This document shows positions 37,564 through 46,232 of a stretch of DNA of 64,000 nt, piece after piece. The notes beneath the pieces were generated by a model. That model did not search any database. It had not been told where the DNA came from and saw nothing but the letters and a program-made list of their open reading frames with translations. Each line of letters begins with the position of its first letter. Positions within the stretch are counted from its first letter, which is position 1. Position numbers and translations under genes: made by a program. Source of the stretch: Bdellovibrionia bacterium (GTDB taxonomy: Bacteria > Bdellovibrionota > UBA1018); contig JBJMMA010000060.1 in NCBI GenBank assembly GCA_045805065.1, positions 1 through 64,000 of the forward strand. The letters run 5' to 3'.

Positions 37564-38685
37564 ATGACCGACTCCGATTCGAACTTTCCTACGCCTGAAA
37601 ATTTACCTGGGAATTCACCTGAAAATTCAAATGAGCCCTCACTGAATTTCTCTCCTGCGGGCGCTGGATCTCCTCCACCTGGCCGAGGAAGTGCGCAGCA
37701 TGCGCCACGTAAGTCGGGAATGGGCCCACTGGCTTGGGTTCTTGGCTTGTCTGCGGTCTTTTTCGCTTTGTTTCTCGTCATTTCGGGTGCGATCTATTTT
37801 TCAAAGGGCGGCGCAAAAGGCTCGTCTCACTCCAGTGGCGGAGCTTTCTTGGCTGCTGGAAAAGGTTCCGTAGGAGTGATCGAACTCAACGGCGTCATCA
37901 TGGATTCAAAGAAGACGCTCAAGAAGCTCGAAGACTATGAAGAGTCTCCTGGAATCAAGGCAGTCGTTCTTCGTTTGAACTCCCCCGGAGGAGCGGTCGC
38001 TCCTTCTCAAGAAATTTATCAGGCCGTAAAGAACTACAAGAAACCTCTGGTTGTCTCCATGAGCTCGGTCGCGGCGAGTGGCGCGTATTATGTCGCCATG
38101 GGCGCAAAGAAAGTTTACGCAAACCCTGGAACAATCACGGGCTCCATCGGCGTCATCATGGAGTTCGCGAATTTGGAGAAGCTCTATGAATGGGCCAAGG
38201 TTCAGCGCTACGCCATCAAGACGGGCAAGTTCAAGGACGTGGGCGCCGAATACCGGGAGATGGGTCCTGAGGAGCGCGCACTTCTTCAGACCATGGTCGA
38301 TGATGTTTTGTCCCAGTTCAAGCAAGCGGTCTCGGATGGCCGTAAGCTGACGATGGAACAAGTAACTGAAGTTGCCGATGGTCGCATCTTTTCAGGCAGT
38401 CAAGCCAAGGCCGCAAAGCTTGTGGATGAGCTTGGAACGCTTCAAGATGCGGTCAATGAGGCAGGGAAGCTTGCCGGCATCGAAGGCAAGCCAGATGTTG
38501 TTTACCCTGAAAAGTCTCGTTCTCGTTTAATGGATTTGATTTTGGATAATGGCACAGGTGAAGATCGTTCCGAGAGCTCCAGCAGTTTGGTGGGCGCTCT
38601 GACGTCGATTCTCAATGGCCATGTGGAAAAAGCTGTGACCGGGCTTGAGCCTGGTATCTACTGGATCTGGACCGGAGCTCGCTAA
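37564..38685 (+). CDS. sppA: Signal peptide peptidase SppA (36K type)
   Basis: LRLNSPGG, AASGAYY, TGSIGVI, GKFKD, ADGRIFSG. Confidence 0.93.
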   Translation: MTDSDSNFPTPENLPGNSPENSNEPSLNFSPAGAGSPPPGRGSAQHAPRKSGMGPLAWVLGLSAVFFALFLVISGAIYFSKGGAKGSSHSSGGAFLAAGKGSVGVIELNGVIMDSKKTLKKLEDYEESPGIKAVVLRLNSPGGAVAPSQEIYQAVKNYKKPLVVSMSSVAASGAYYVAMGAKKVYANPGTITGSIGVIMEFANLEKLYEWAKVQRYAIKTGKFKDVGAEYREMGPEERALLQTMVDDVLSQFKQAVSDGRKLTMEQVTEVADGRIFSGSQAKAAKLVDELGTLQDAVNEAGKLAGIEGKPDVVYPEKSRSRLMDLILDNGTGEDRSESSSSLVGALTSILNGHVEKAVTGLEPGIYWIWTGAR

Positions 38686-38687
38686 AC

Positions 38688-39992
38688 TTGACTGCACCTG
38701 CAACGAATTCTGCACCTAATAATAAACCTCGCCCTAGACGTCATCCGCGCGCTGCAGCGGTTCGAATTATCACGCGCGTCCTTGCGGATCGCGAACCCCT
38801 GGATGAAGCTCTTTCACGCGTTGTTGCTGAGCAGAACCTGGATTCCTCAGCACGCGCCTGGCTTCAGGATGTTTGCGCAGGAACGCTGCGCTGGCGCGGA
38901 AGGCTGGATCAGATTCTTGATGCAGCATCTTTCAAGAAGAAGCCAACGGGCTGGCTGAGAAAAGTTCTCATCGTCGCAATCTATCAGATTGTGGCTCAAG
39001 ATCGCGTCAACCCGGGTGCTGTGGTTTCTGAAACGGTCGTGGAAATTAAACGCAAGGAAGGCGAGGCGCCTTCTCGTTTTGCAAACGCTGTCCTGCGAAA
39101 GCTCAGTGAGCATGCGCAAGCAGTCAGAACTCAAGCGTTCCCAGAAGGTGCGCCAGCATCAGAGCAAGCGCTTTGGGCCAGTCTGCCGGATTGGATCTGG
39201 AATCGCCTGGTAGCGCAATATGGACTCGATTGGAGCCGTGCCTATGCTCAGGCTAGTCTTGAGCGTCCAACGGTCTGGATTCGCTCCAGAGAGCCTGATT
39301 TTCAAGCAAGCTGGGCTTCCGAAGCGGGATCCGTTCCAGGGTCCTTCCGCCTGACAGAAGGTGGATCCATTGTGGAGCGTCCTGGCTTTAAAGAAGGCAC
39401 TTTCTTTGTGCAAGACATCTCAAGCCAGGCCTTGATTGCTGAGATCAGCGCAGAAGTGCGAAAGGGCCTGGGCGAAGGTCCTCTAAAAGCTCTCGATCTT
39501 TGTGCCGCTCCAGGTGGAAAGACTGCAGGCCTTTCCTGGAATGGCTTTGAAGTGATCGCTACCGATCGCCCTGAAAAGGGTGGCTCTCGTTTTGCGCTTC
39601 TTGAGCAAACAGTTCAACGTGTGGCGCCAACTGCACGCGTGATTCAACGCGGACAAGTTGCGTCTCTGGAGCCGCTGGATCTGGTTTGGGTGGATTCGCC
39701 CTGCACGGGGTCTGGCATTCTAAGACGCCATCCGGATGTGCGCTGGCTCAGGCAGGAGCGCGAGCTTGCATCGCTTCAGGAAGTGCAGCACAAGCTTCTC
39801 AAGGAAGCTTGGGATAAGGTTCGGCCGGGGGGATATCTTGCGTACTCGGTCTGCTCCATTCTTAAAGAAGAAGGACCCGAGGCGCTTTCCCGTGCTCAGC
39901 TCGGTGGCACTTTCGTGCGCGAATGGCTTTTAACGCCGCAATCGCCTCCATCAGGAGATGGTTTTTACGCAGCTTTGATTCGCAAAGCCTGA
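38688..39992 (+). CDS. rsmB: RsmB/Sun family 16S rRNA m5C methyltransferase with NusB-like N-domain
   Basis: FANAVLR, VQD.SSQ, DLCAAPGGKT, D.PCTGSG..RRHPD, YSVCS. Confidence 0.85.
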   Translation: MTAPATNSAPNNKPRPRRHPRAAAVRIITRVLADREPLDEALSRVVAEQNLDSSARAWLQDVCAGTLRWRGRLDQILDAASFKKKPTGWLRKVLIVAIYQIVAQDRVNPGAVVSETVVEIKRKEGEAPSRFANAVLRKLSEHAQAVRTQAFPEGAPASEQALWASLPDWIWNRLVAQYGLDWSRAYAQASLERPTVWIRSREPDFQASWASEAGSVPGSFRLTEGGSIVERPGFKEGTFFVQDISSQALIAEISAEVRKGLGEGPLKALDLCAAPGGKTAGLSWNGFEVIATDRPEKGGSRFALLEQTVQRVAPTARVIQRGQVASLEPLDLVWVDSPCTGSGILRRHPDVRWLRQERELASLQEVQHKLLKEAWDKVRPGGYLAYSVCSILKEEGPEALSRAQLGGTFVREWLLTPQSPPSGDGFYAALIRKA

Positions 39993-40185
39993 GGCTTTTA
40001 AGCCTCTTTAGGGTTTGTGTGCGCTGCGGTTTCACAGTGAGTCAGCGTTTTGCAATCCCGCTTTTGGCGGAATCTTTGCAAGATGAAACAATACGCCTGT
40101 TTTCATGGGTCTCGGTGCAGCATGACTACTAGGGATAGTGTGAAGTGTAAGAATTGACTTCAGGTGCTGAGATGGCGCATTAAGT

Positions 40186-40514
40186 GCCCCGTGTCAAAAT
40201 GACTCTACTGCTCCGAAGTGGCTCTGGGAGCGGAAAGACACGGGTGGTCTTAATTGAGTTCCGTTGATTGACGCACATGGCGAAAAAGTTCTGTCATCTA
40301 GCGGACAAAGAATGATTCTGATGAGGTGCGGAGGTCAGCCGGCCGCTGGCACGCCGGCTGCAATAACCCCCGCCAGGACCACTGATTCGCGAGTGTGTTG
40401 CGGAACGTATGTTGAGGGGGCGGCAGAGGTCATCACAATAAACGGCTACTATTTTACTTTTCCCAAATTTACCCACCTTTCAGACCGGTGGCTCCCGAAA
40501 GGGAGCCACCTGGT
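40186..40514 (+). ncRNA. Candidate large structured ncRNA of unknown class
   Basis: Non-coding gap after TTGACT(40154)...CATTAA; several nested helices, a 7-bp pseudoknot and a closing GAAA-tetraloop hairpin, found by hand. Confidence 0.55.
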
Positions 40515-40524
40515 ATCCCATTCG

Positions 40525-40648
40525 AAAACCAAACAAGAATAGTTGATAAGATAAAAGACCTCGCTGCGACTTCCTGTCGCATTCCCATTCGGCATCCTGC
40601 CTGGGAACGACTCGGTTTTTATCTTATCGACTATTCTTGTTTGGTTTT
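40525..40648. repeat. Branched palindromic element, copy 1 (32-bp arms, 60-bp structured core)
   Basis: Arms 40525-40556/40617-40648 (one G-T); core TGCGAC-ttcct-GTCGCA and TTCCCA..GGC-atcct-GCC-TGGGAA. Confidence 0.88.
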
Positions 40649-40748
40649 GCGTGTGTTTGTCGGTGAGGGCATGTGTGCTCTGGTGGAGAACGGATTGTGC
40701 TCTATTAGGCTAGACAGATTGTCGGCAGGGGGATATTCGCTGCCGCAT

Positions 40749-41576
40749 ATGTCAGTTCTGGAGTTTGATAACTATCGGCTGTACTTGCGCTCCGTACTTG
40801 CTGATCGGGCATCGACAAATCCGAGGTACTCTCTTCGGGCATTCGCGAAGAGTCTCGAGCTGGCTCCCTCCTATTTATCGGCAGTCATGAATGGAAAGAA
40901 ATCACTTTCTCCTGAGACTGCTTACGCTGTAGCGGAGAAGCTCAGATTAGATGAACAAGAGGCAACGTATTTCCGCATCCTGGCTCAGATGGAAGCCACG
41001 AAAAATCCTGCTTTGAAAGAGAGCTTGCTTCAGCGAGCTCAGACTCTTGCCCCAAGTGTGGTTGTGAATGATCTCAGCGTTGATCAGTTCAAAATGATCT
41101 CTGACTGGCATCACTACGCCATATTTGCGGCGGTCGATCTCTCTGACATTGAGGCGACGCCAGAACGGATTGCAAAAATCCTTGGACTAAACCTTGCTGA
41201 AGTCCAAGTTGCCGTGGAGCGCATGATCCGATTGGAGATGCTCGAGAAGGACGCAGAAGGGCGCTTAAAACAAACGATCTCACATTCAAGGATTGTTTCG
41301 TTGGCGCCCAACAGGGCAGTGAGAAGCCATCACCGTCAGAACTTGGAAAAAGCGATCGAGAGTATCGGATTGCAGAGGCCGGATGAAAGATTCATGGGGT
41401 CTGAGACCTTTTGTATTGATGAATCACAATTTGAGGAGTTTCAGAAGCTCTGCAACCAGTTCCTCGACAGCGCGCTGGCTCTCGCGAAGAAAGCGAAGAC
41501 CAAAAACCAGGTGTACCACTTAGGTGTTCAGTTTTTCAGGTTTTCACAAGAAAAACCAAAGGAAGAAAAAAAATGA
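40749..41576 (+). CDS. TIGR02147/DUF4423 family HTH protein
   Basis: YR.YL......NPRYSLRAFAK.L...PS.LS.V..GKK.LS, F..ISDW.H.AI, HRQ.LEKA..S, VY.L.VQFF; real start ATG 40749. Confidence 0.88.
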   Translation: MSVLEFDNYRLYLRSVLADRASTNPRYSLRAFAKSLELAPSYLSAVMNGKKSLSPETAYAVAEKLRLDEQEATYFRILAQMEATKNPALKESLLQRAQTLAPSVVVNDLSVDQFKMISDWHHYAIFAAVDLSDIEATPERIAKILGLNLAEVQVAVERMIRLEMLEKDAEGRLKQTISHSRIVSLAPNRAVRSHHRQNLEKAIESIGLQRPDERFMGSETFCIDESQFEEFQKLCNQFLDSALALAKKAKTKNQVYHLGVQFFRFSQEKPKEEKK

Positions 41577-42547
41577 GAAGCATGCAATCAGGCTCAGTCC
41601 TTGTAAGTTTGACGTGCGGATTATCACTCATGTTTGCAATTAATGCGATGGCAGGTGGAGGGGGCGTACGCGGCGGCGGCGGCGATATCTGCGAAGATCG
41701 CATCCAGCAGATCCGGGATGATATCAAGTCCTGGATCCATCAAGGTGGCGCGCAGGGATTATCACTTCCGCAAGGAGTCTCCGCAGATCGGTATGCCGAC
41801 CTGATGCTAGATCAAATGAAAACCGCACGCGTGAAATGCGTCGGCGCGGCAGACAAAGGTTACCCGGTCGCGATCGGAAGCACGCCAAAGGTTTGCAAGT
41901 TCTCAATCGATCAATCGGGCTCTCAGATTACTTGTGACTACATCAAGTTTCTCGCGACTAACGAATCGGACCAATACGTTTTGATTCATCATGAGTACGC
42001 GGGGCTTGCGGGTGTCGAGGTCCCTAACCAGGGCGATTCCCGCTACGACGTTTCCAATCAGATCTCCGCCTATCTTGAAGACCAGGTTGTGAAGAAGCTT
42101 GCGGTAAAGCCCGTAACCTCCGAGCTCCAGGTGGGTTCGAGAGTTGTCATCGATGACAATCAATTTGAGACCAAAACCGGCCAGATTACTTCGATCACTT
42201 CCGGAAAGTACACCTATTATCAGGTCAGGCTATCCAATAACTCGGGTAGGGCGGGAGATGAGCAAATCATTGAGAGAAGTTACATCAAGGCGACCGAAGT
42301 CGGCAGTCTGAATGGCGTGAGAAAAGGTCAGAAAGCCATCTGCAGGAATATTTACGACATTTCCGGCAGCGCGTTTGAAGGCAACGTTGCTCATATTTAT
42401 TCAAACGGTTTCGTCGAAATCACTATTTCGACCAAGAAGGCCACTTCGGTTACGTCCACTTCTCAGTTATCTGAAGGACCCCTGTTTTTGTCGTCGGTCC
42501 CAGGCGCTTGGGAAATTCCTCGCTTTGGATACAACTGCTCTTATTAA
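41573..42547 (+). CDS. Secreted hypothetical protein (GG.RGGGGD.C N-motif, HHEYAGL motif, C-terminal beta repeats)
   Basis: Signal peptide (AMA|G); translationally coupled (ATGA) to the TIGR02147 gene. Confidence 0.8.
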   Translation: MRSMQSGSVLVSLTCGLSLMFAINAMAGGGGVRGGGGDICEDRIQQIRDDIKSWIHQGGAQGLSLPQGVSADRYADLMLDQMKTARVKCVGAADKGYPVAIGSTPKVCKFSIDQSGSQITCDYIKFLATNESDQYVLIHHEYAGLAGVEVPNQGDSRYDVSNQISAYLEDQVVKKLAVKPVTSELQVGSRVVIDDNQFETKTGQITSITSGKYTYYQVRLSNNSGRAGDEQIIERSYIKATEVGSLNGVRKGQKAICRNIYDISGSAFEGNVAHIYSNGFVEITISTKKATSVTSTSQLSEGPLFLSSVPGAWEIPRFGYNCSY

Positions 42548-42553
42548 AAATTA

Positions 42554-42683
42554 GAACAAAACAATACGAGTAAAGAACAAAGATAAAAGTCCTCGTTGTG
42601 ACATCCTGTCACATTCCCAGTCGTCTTCCTGACTGGGAACGACTCGGCTTTTATCTTTGTTCTTTACTCGTATTGTTTTGTTC
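42554..42683. repeat. Branched palindromic element, copy 2 (perfect 36-bp arms, homologous core)
   Basis: Arms 42554-42589/42648-42683; core TGTGAC-atcct-GTCACA and TTCCCA..GTC-ttcct-GAC-TGGGAA. Confidence 0.9.
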
Positions 42684-42738
42684 ACGTTTGTTAGACGTGA
42701 CGCGTATGCGCTACAAAAAGGAGGCGGCCACCTTTTGG

Positions 42739-44346
42739 TTACTTCGATTTTTTCTTCACGCGAATGCCGCCGAATTTTCCGCCTGAAGGCTTACCTTCGT
42801 TACGGAAGCTTTTTGGCTTGCCGTAGCTTGGTTTGTCGCCAGATGCGGATCGGCCGCCAAACGCAGGCTTTTTGCCTCTCGGACGCTCATCGAAATCTTT
42901 TGGTGAAGCTTTTGGATAAGCTGCCTTAGCGGTGAAGGACTTTCCTCCGACAGGCTTCGTGCTTGGAGCGCTGGCTCCATCGGCCGAGCCACCGACTTGA
43001 AGAATATCTCCGCGCCAGACTGGGCCAAGATGGGCGGTGTTGATTCGTCCAGGGCGCTCGGGTTCGCAAATCAGAACATCACCGGCTTTTGTGAGCGGAT
43101 CACTGATGACGAGTTTGTGTGTTGGATTGCGCTTTGGAGAACGTTGATCGTTGGATGTGATCCAAAGGTAGGAGAACTTCAGCCACAGGCGCTCAGAGCC
43201 CAGAGCTTTTGAAAACTCTGCGAACCATCTGCCTGGAACGCGCGTTGGAACGGAGAAGTGGCAATAATCTTTTCCATAAGAAAGAGGGCAAGTCTCAGCG
43301 TGAGGGCAGGGGCCCCAGAGCATGGTTGCCGTTTTCTCGATCGTCTCGGTTTGGAAGAGACGGTTTCTTAAACGCGACAGAAACTGAGAAGTGGTTTTCG
43401 CTGCAGGCTCAACAAAGAGCACGCCGCCGCCTTGGGCTTTTTCAAGAAGGTTTGCCCAGATTGTTTCGATCTTTGGCTTCTTCGTTGTTTCGGCTTCAGT
43501 TTCTTCGCCGTCGTAATCTTCATTACCAACTGGACCCTCTCCGCTATCTAAAAGATCGAGTGGTTCTTCATCTTCACGAGCTTTAAAGCGGTTTGGAAGC
43601 GTTTTGGCTTCGTTCATGACATGGCCCAGAAGAATGAGCGACATCGGAGCTTTGAGCTGCGCGGGCGCATCCCACCAGTTTGCTGTCTGAAGATGAACAG
43701 TCACTTTGCCGCGAAGACGTGGGAACTGATCGGAGAGCGCTTGCACGAGCGCTTTTCCGTCTTCCATGATCGTGCGCTGAGTATCGAACCAATAAAGCTC
43801 GATCGGAGGAAAGTCTCCGCCGCGCGCCTGAAGAAGGCGCAATAGAAAACCAATCGATGCAGTGCCGGGGCCTGCGCCAAGATCCGCGATTCTTAAAACG
43901 CCCTGCTTGCGGCCATGCTCAAGCGCTGCTTGAACAGCGGCATTGTGCATTTCAAAAAGCGAGACGAACTTGGCCATTTGAAGAGGGAGGAAATAAAGAA
44001 GGTAAGCCGAGCGAAACTTCGGATGCTGAAAGTAGGCAGGAATCTGCTCGGGGCGCTCTTCGGTGAAAAGCTCAGAAAGATCTTTCACGCCTTTGGAGAA
44101 AAAGCGGACGTCCTCCTTGGCGAACGGTTTATCCTTCCAGCTATCGCGAGGGCTGTAGTGCTCTTTCACGTAGGCTGGAACCATTTCGTCCACAAACCAG
44201 GTCCAGGCGGGGGGGAAATCCAGCTGAGGAGATGCCAGTTTTATGACGCTCAACGGGCGATCACTCGACTGGTTTGAGGTTGGACGGGGGGATATCGGCT
44301 TAGGCAGGGGGGTTTTTGATCGCATGGTGTATCTTACTTGTCGCAT
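42739..44346 (-). CDS. Rsm22/METTL17-like methyltransferase
   Basis: AYLLYF, DLGAGPGTA, VEP, PCPH...CP......CHF, KFSYL; basic low-complexity tail. Confidence 0.8.
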   Translation of the reverse strand: MRQVRYTMRSKTPLPKPISPRPTSNQSSDRPLSVIKLASPQLDFPPAWTWFVDEMVPAYVKEHYSPRDSWKDKPFAKEDVRFFSKGVKDLSELFTEERPEQIPAYFQHPKFRSAYLLYFLPLQMAKFVSLFEMHNAAVQAALEHGRKQGVLRIADLGAGPGTASIGFLLRLLQARGGDFPPIELYWFDTQRTIMEDGKALVQALSDQFPRLRGKVTVHLQTANWWDAPAQLKAPMSLILLGHVMNEAKTLPNRFKAREDEEPLDLLDSGEGPVGNEDYDGEETEAETTKKPKIETIWANLLEKAQGGGVLFVEPAAKTTSQFLSRLRNRLFQTETIEKTATMLWGPCPHAETCPLSYGKDYCHFSVPTRVPGRWFAEFSKALGSERLWLKFSYLWITSNDQRSPKRNPTHKLVISDPLTKAGDVLICEPERPGRINTAHLGPVWRGDILQVGGSADGASAPSTKPVGGKSFTAKAAYPKASPKDFDERPRGKKPAFGGRSASGDKPSYGKPKSFRNEGKPSGGKFGGIRVKKKSK

Positions 44347-44398
44347 ACCTCGTGCTGGAGTGTCTAGCTGACCGGCGAAAACGTGCTACTCTTTATAT

Positions 44399-44911
44399 AT
44401 GAGTTTGAAGGGAAGCCTTAAAGATGTTGGACCGATCGAGCTGAATCTTCCCAAAAGAAGTTTCTGGCGGGATCGGATTCGACAGATTTGGGCATTTTAT
44501 TGTCCACTTTGTAACGTTCCAAGACGAGTTCCTTACCAACCGCGACCGGGCTTCAAGCACATGGCTCAGGTGGGATTAACGGCGGTCGTTTTTATGCTGG
44601 CCACCTGGAGCTGGTTTGAGTGGAAGGGGATTGTCAGCTTCTTTCCTCTTTGGTCCGTTTTTGAGGTGATCTATCGCGCTCGTGTGCGCGCTGCGTTGGC
44701 CTGTGATCGTTGCGGATTTGACCCCTATCTCTACCTGATTGACGTGCCTCGAGCGCGCGAAGTGGTTGAAAATCATTGGCGAAAAAAGTTTGCTGATAAA
44801 GGGATTCCTTACCCATCAAAGCCATCATTAAACCCATCTGGGGCACCGGCAAATGCCAAGCCTGCAGGGGGAGCGGGCACTAAAAGCGGTTCTCCCGAAA
44901 TGGTCACTTGA
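44399..44911 (+). CDS. Membrane protein with zinc-ribbon-like CxxC pairs
   Basis: CPLC, two TM helices, C.RCGFDP.LY; extended -10 TGcTACTCT 6 nt before ATG. Confidence 0.75.
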   Translation: MSLKGSLKDVGPIELNLPKRSFWRDRIRQIWAFYCPLCNVPRRVPYQPRPGFKHMAQVGLTAVVFMLATWSWFEWKGIVSFFPLWSVFEVIYRARVRAALACDRCGFDPYLYLIDVPRAREVVENHWRKKFADKGIPYPSKPSLNPSGAPANAKPAGGAGTKSGSPEMVT

Positions 44912-44944
44912 CAGCTGTTGCTGCGCAACGCTAGACCTTCAGGC

Positions 44945-45460
44945 ATGTCTGTCAATAAAGTTATTTTGGTGGGGCGCTTGGGGCAGAATCCAGAAGTGCG
45001 ATACACGCCGTCGGGCGCAGCTGTCGCAAACTTCAGTGTTGCAACCAACGAATCATGGTCCGATAAGAACGGCCAGAAACAGGAACGTACCGAGTGGCAC
45101 AAGGTTGTCGTTTGGGGCAAGCTCGCCGAGCTTTGCAATCAGTTCCTCGCTAAGGGTCGCCAGGTTTATCTCGAAGGTCGCTTGCAGACCCGCCAATGGC
45201 AGGACAAGGACGGACAGACCAAGTACACGACCGAAATCCAGGCTCAAACCATTCAGTTCTTGGGCGGCCAAGGCGCTGAGCGTGGTCCCGGAATGGATCA
45301 AAGCATGGGCCAAAGCATGGGCGGCGGTAACAGCGGTTACGGCCAAGGCGGCGGTGGCGGTTATAACCGCGGAGCCCCACAAGGTGCTGGCCCTTCGGGC
45401 CCAGGTCCTCAGTTTGGAGCAGAAGAGCCTTCTTTCACTGAAGACGATATTCCGTTCTGA
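44945..45460 (+). CDS. ssb: Single-stranded DNA-binding protein
   Basis: [27 protein letters not shown], Gly-rich linker, DDIPF tail. Confidence 0.98.
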   Translation: MSVNKVILVGRLGQNPEVRYTPSGAAVANFSVATNESWSDKNGQKQERTEWHKVVVWGKLAELCNQFLAKGRQVYLEGRLQTRQWQDKDGQTKYTTEIQAQTIQFLGGQGAERGPGMDQSMGQSMGGGNSGYGQGGGGGYNRGAPQGAGPSGPGPQFGAEEPSFTEDDIPF

Positions 45461-45462
45461 AC

Positions 45463-46200
45463 ATGCGCGCGCTCATTGTCGTTCCTACATATAACGAATT
45501 AGAAAACATCCAGAATCTTGCACAATCGGTCATGGCGGTCATCCCACCTAACGTGGACCTCCTGATTGTGGACGACAATTCTCCTGATGGAACTGGAAAG
45601 CTTGCCGATCAGCTTGCTGCACAGGATTCGCGGATTCACGTCCTGCATCGCGCCCGTAAAATGGGCCTGGGCACGGCTTATGTGAATGGCTTTAACTGGG
45701 GACTTGAGCGGGGCTACGAAGCCTTGATCGAGATGGATGCGGACTTCTCGCACGACCCTAAGTACCTGCCGCGCATGCTCGAGCTTCTTGAGATCAATGA
45801 TGTGGTGATCGGCTCCCGTTATGTTCCAGGTGGCGGAACCGTGAACTGGGGAATGGGGCGCAAAGTCCTGAGCCGTGGCGGAAGCATGTACTCGCGTCTG
45901 ATCTTGGGCGCGGGCATTCGTGACTTTACCGGTGGCTTCAATGGCTGGCGCCGTAAGGTGATCGAATCCGTGGATCTGCCATCGCTTCGATCGGACGGCT
46001 ATTCCTTTCAGATTGAGCTGAAGTACCGCGCATTTCTCAAAGGCTTCAAAATTACCGAGTTTCCAATTGTTTTCGAAGATCGGAAAGTCGGGAAGTCAAA
46101 AATGCATCGCCGGATCGTGATTGAAGCGCTTCTTCGCGTTTGGGAGTTTCGCTTCAAATCCCCGTTCCGCCAGGCACTCGTTCAAACTCAGCGTCATTGA
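45463..46200 (+). CDS. Polyprenol monophosphomannose synthase (GT2)
   Basis: PTYNE.EN, VDDNSPDGTG, GLGTAY, MDADFSHDP, GYSFQIE. Confidence 0.9.
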   Translation: MRALIVVPTYNELENIQNLAQSVMAVIPPNVDLLIVDDNSPDGTGKLADQLAAQDSRIHVLHRARKMGLGTAYVNGFNWGLERGYEALIEMDADFSHDPKYLPRMLELLEINDVVIGSRYVPGGGTVNWGMGRKVLSRGGSMYSRLILGAGIRDFTGGFNGWRRKVIESVDLPSLRSDGYSFQIELKYRAFLKGFKITEFPIVFEDRKVGKSKMHRRIVIEALLRVWEFRFKSPFRQALVQTQRH

Positions 46201-46232
46201 CACTTCGAGGTTTACATCCTTAATATTTAAGG

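Noticed and set aside
40318..40325. CTGATGAG hammerhead ribozyme core
   Set aside because: No GAAA after a stem II and no matching stems I/III found.
40264..40748. ORFs 40264..40542 and 40294..40476, and the upstream extension of 40488..41576
   Set aside because: They run through RNA-like helices and a palindrome, have no RBS, and the TIGR02147 homology begins at ATG 40749.
40525..42700. Integron attC interpretation of the twin palindromes
   Set aside because: No RYYYAAC/GTTRRRY pairs at the arm ends and no integrase in the window.
42598..42929. ORFs 42598..42786 and 42657..42929
   Set aside because: They arise within the palindromic element and antisense to the Rsm22-like gene.
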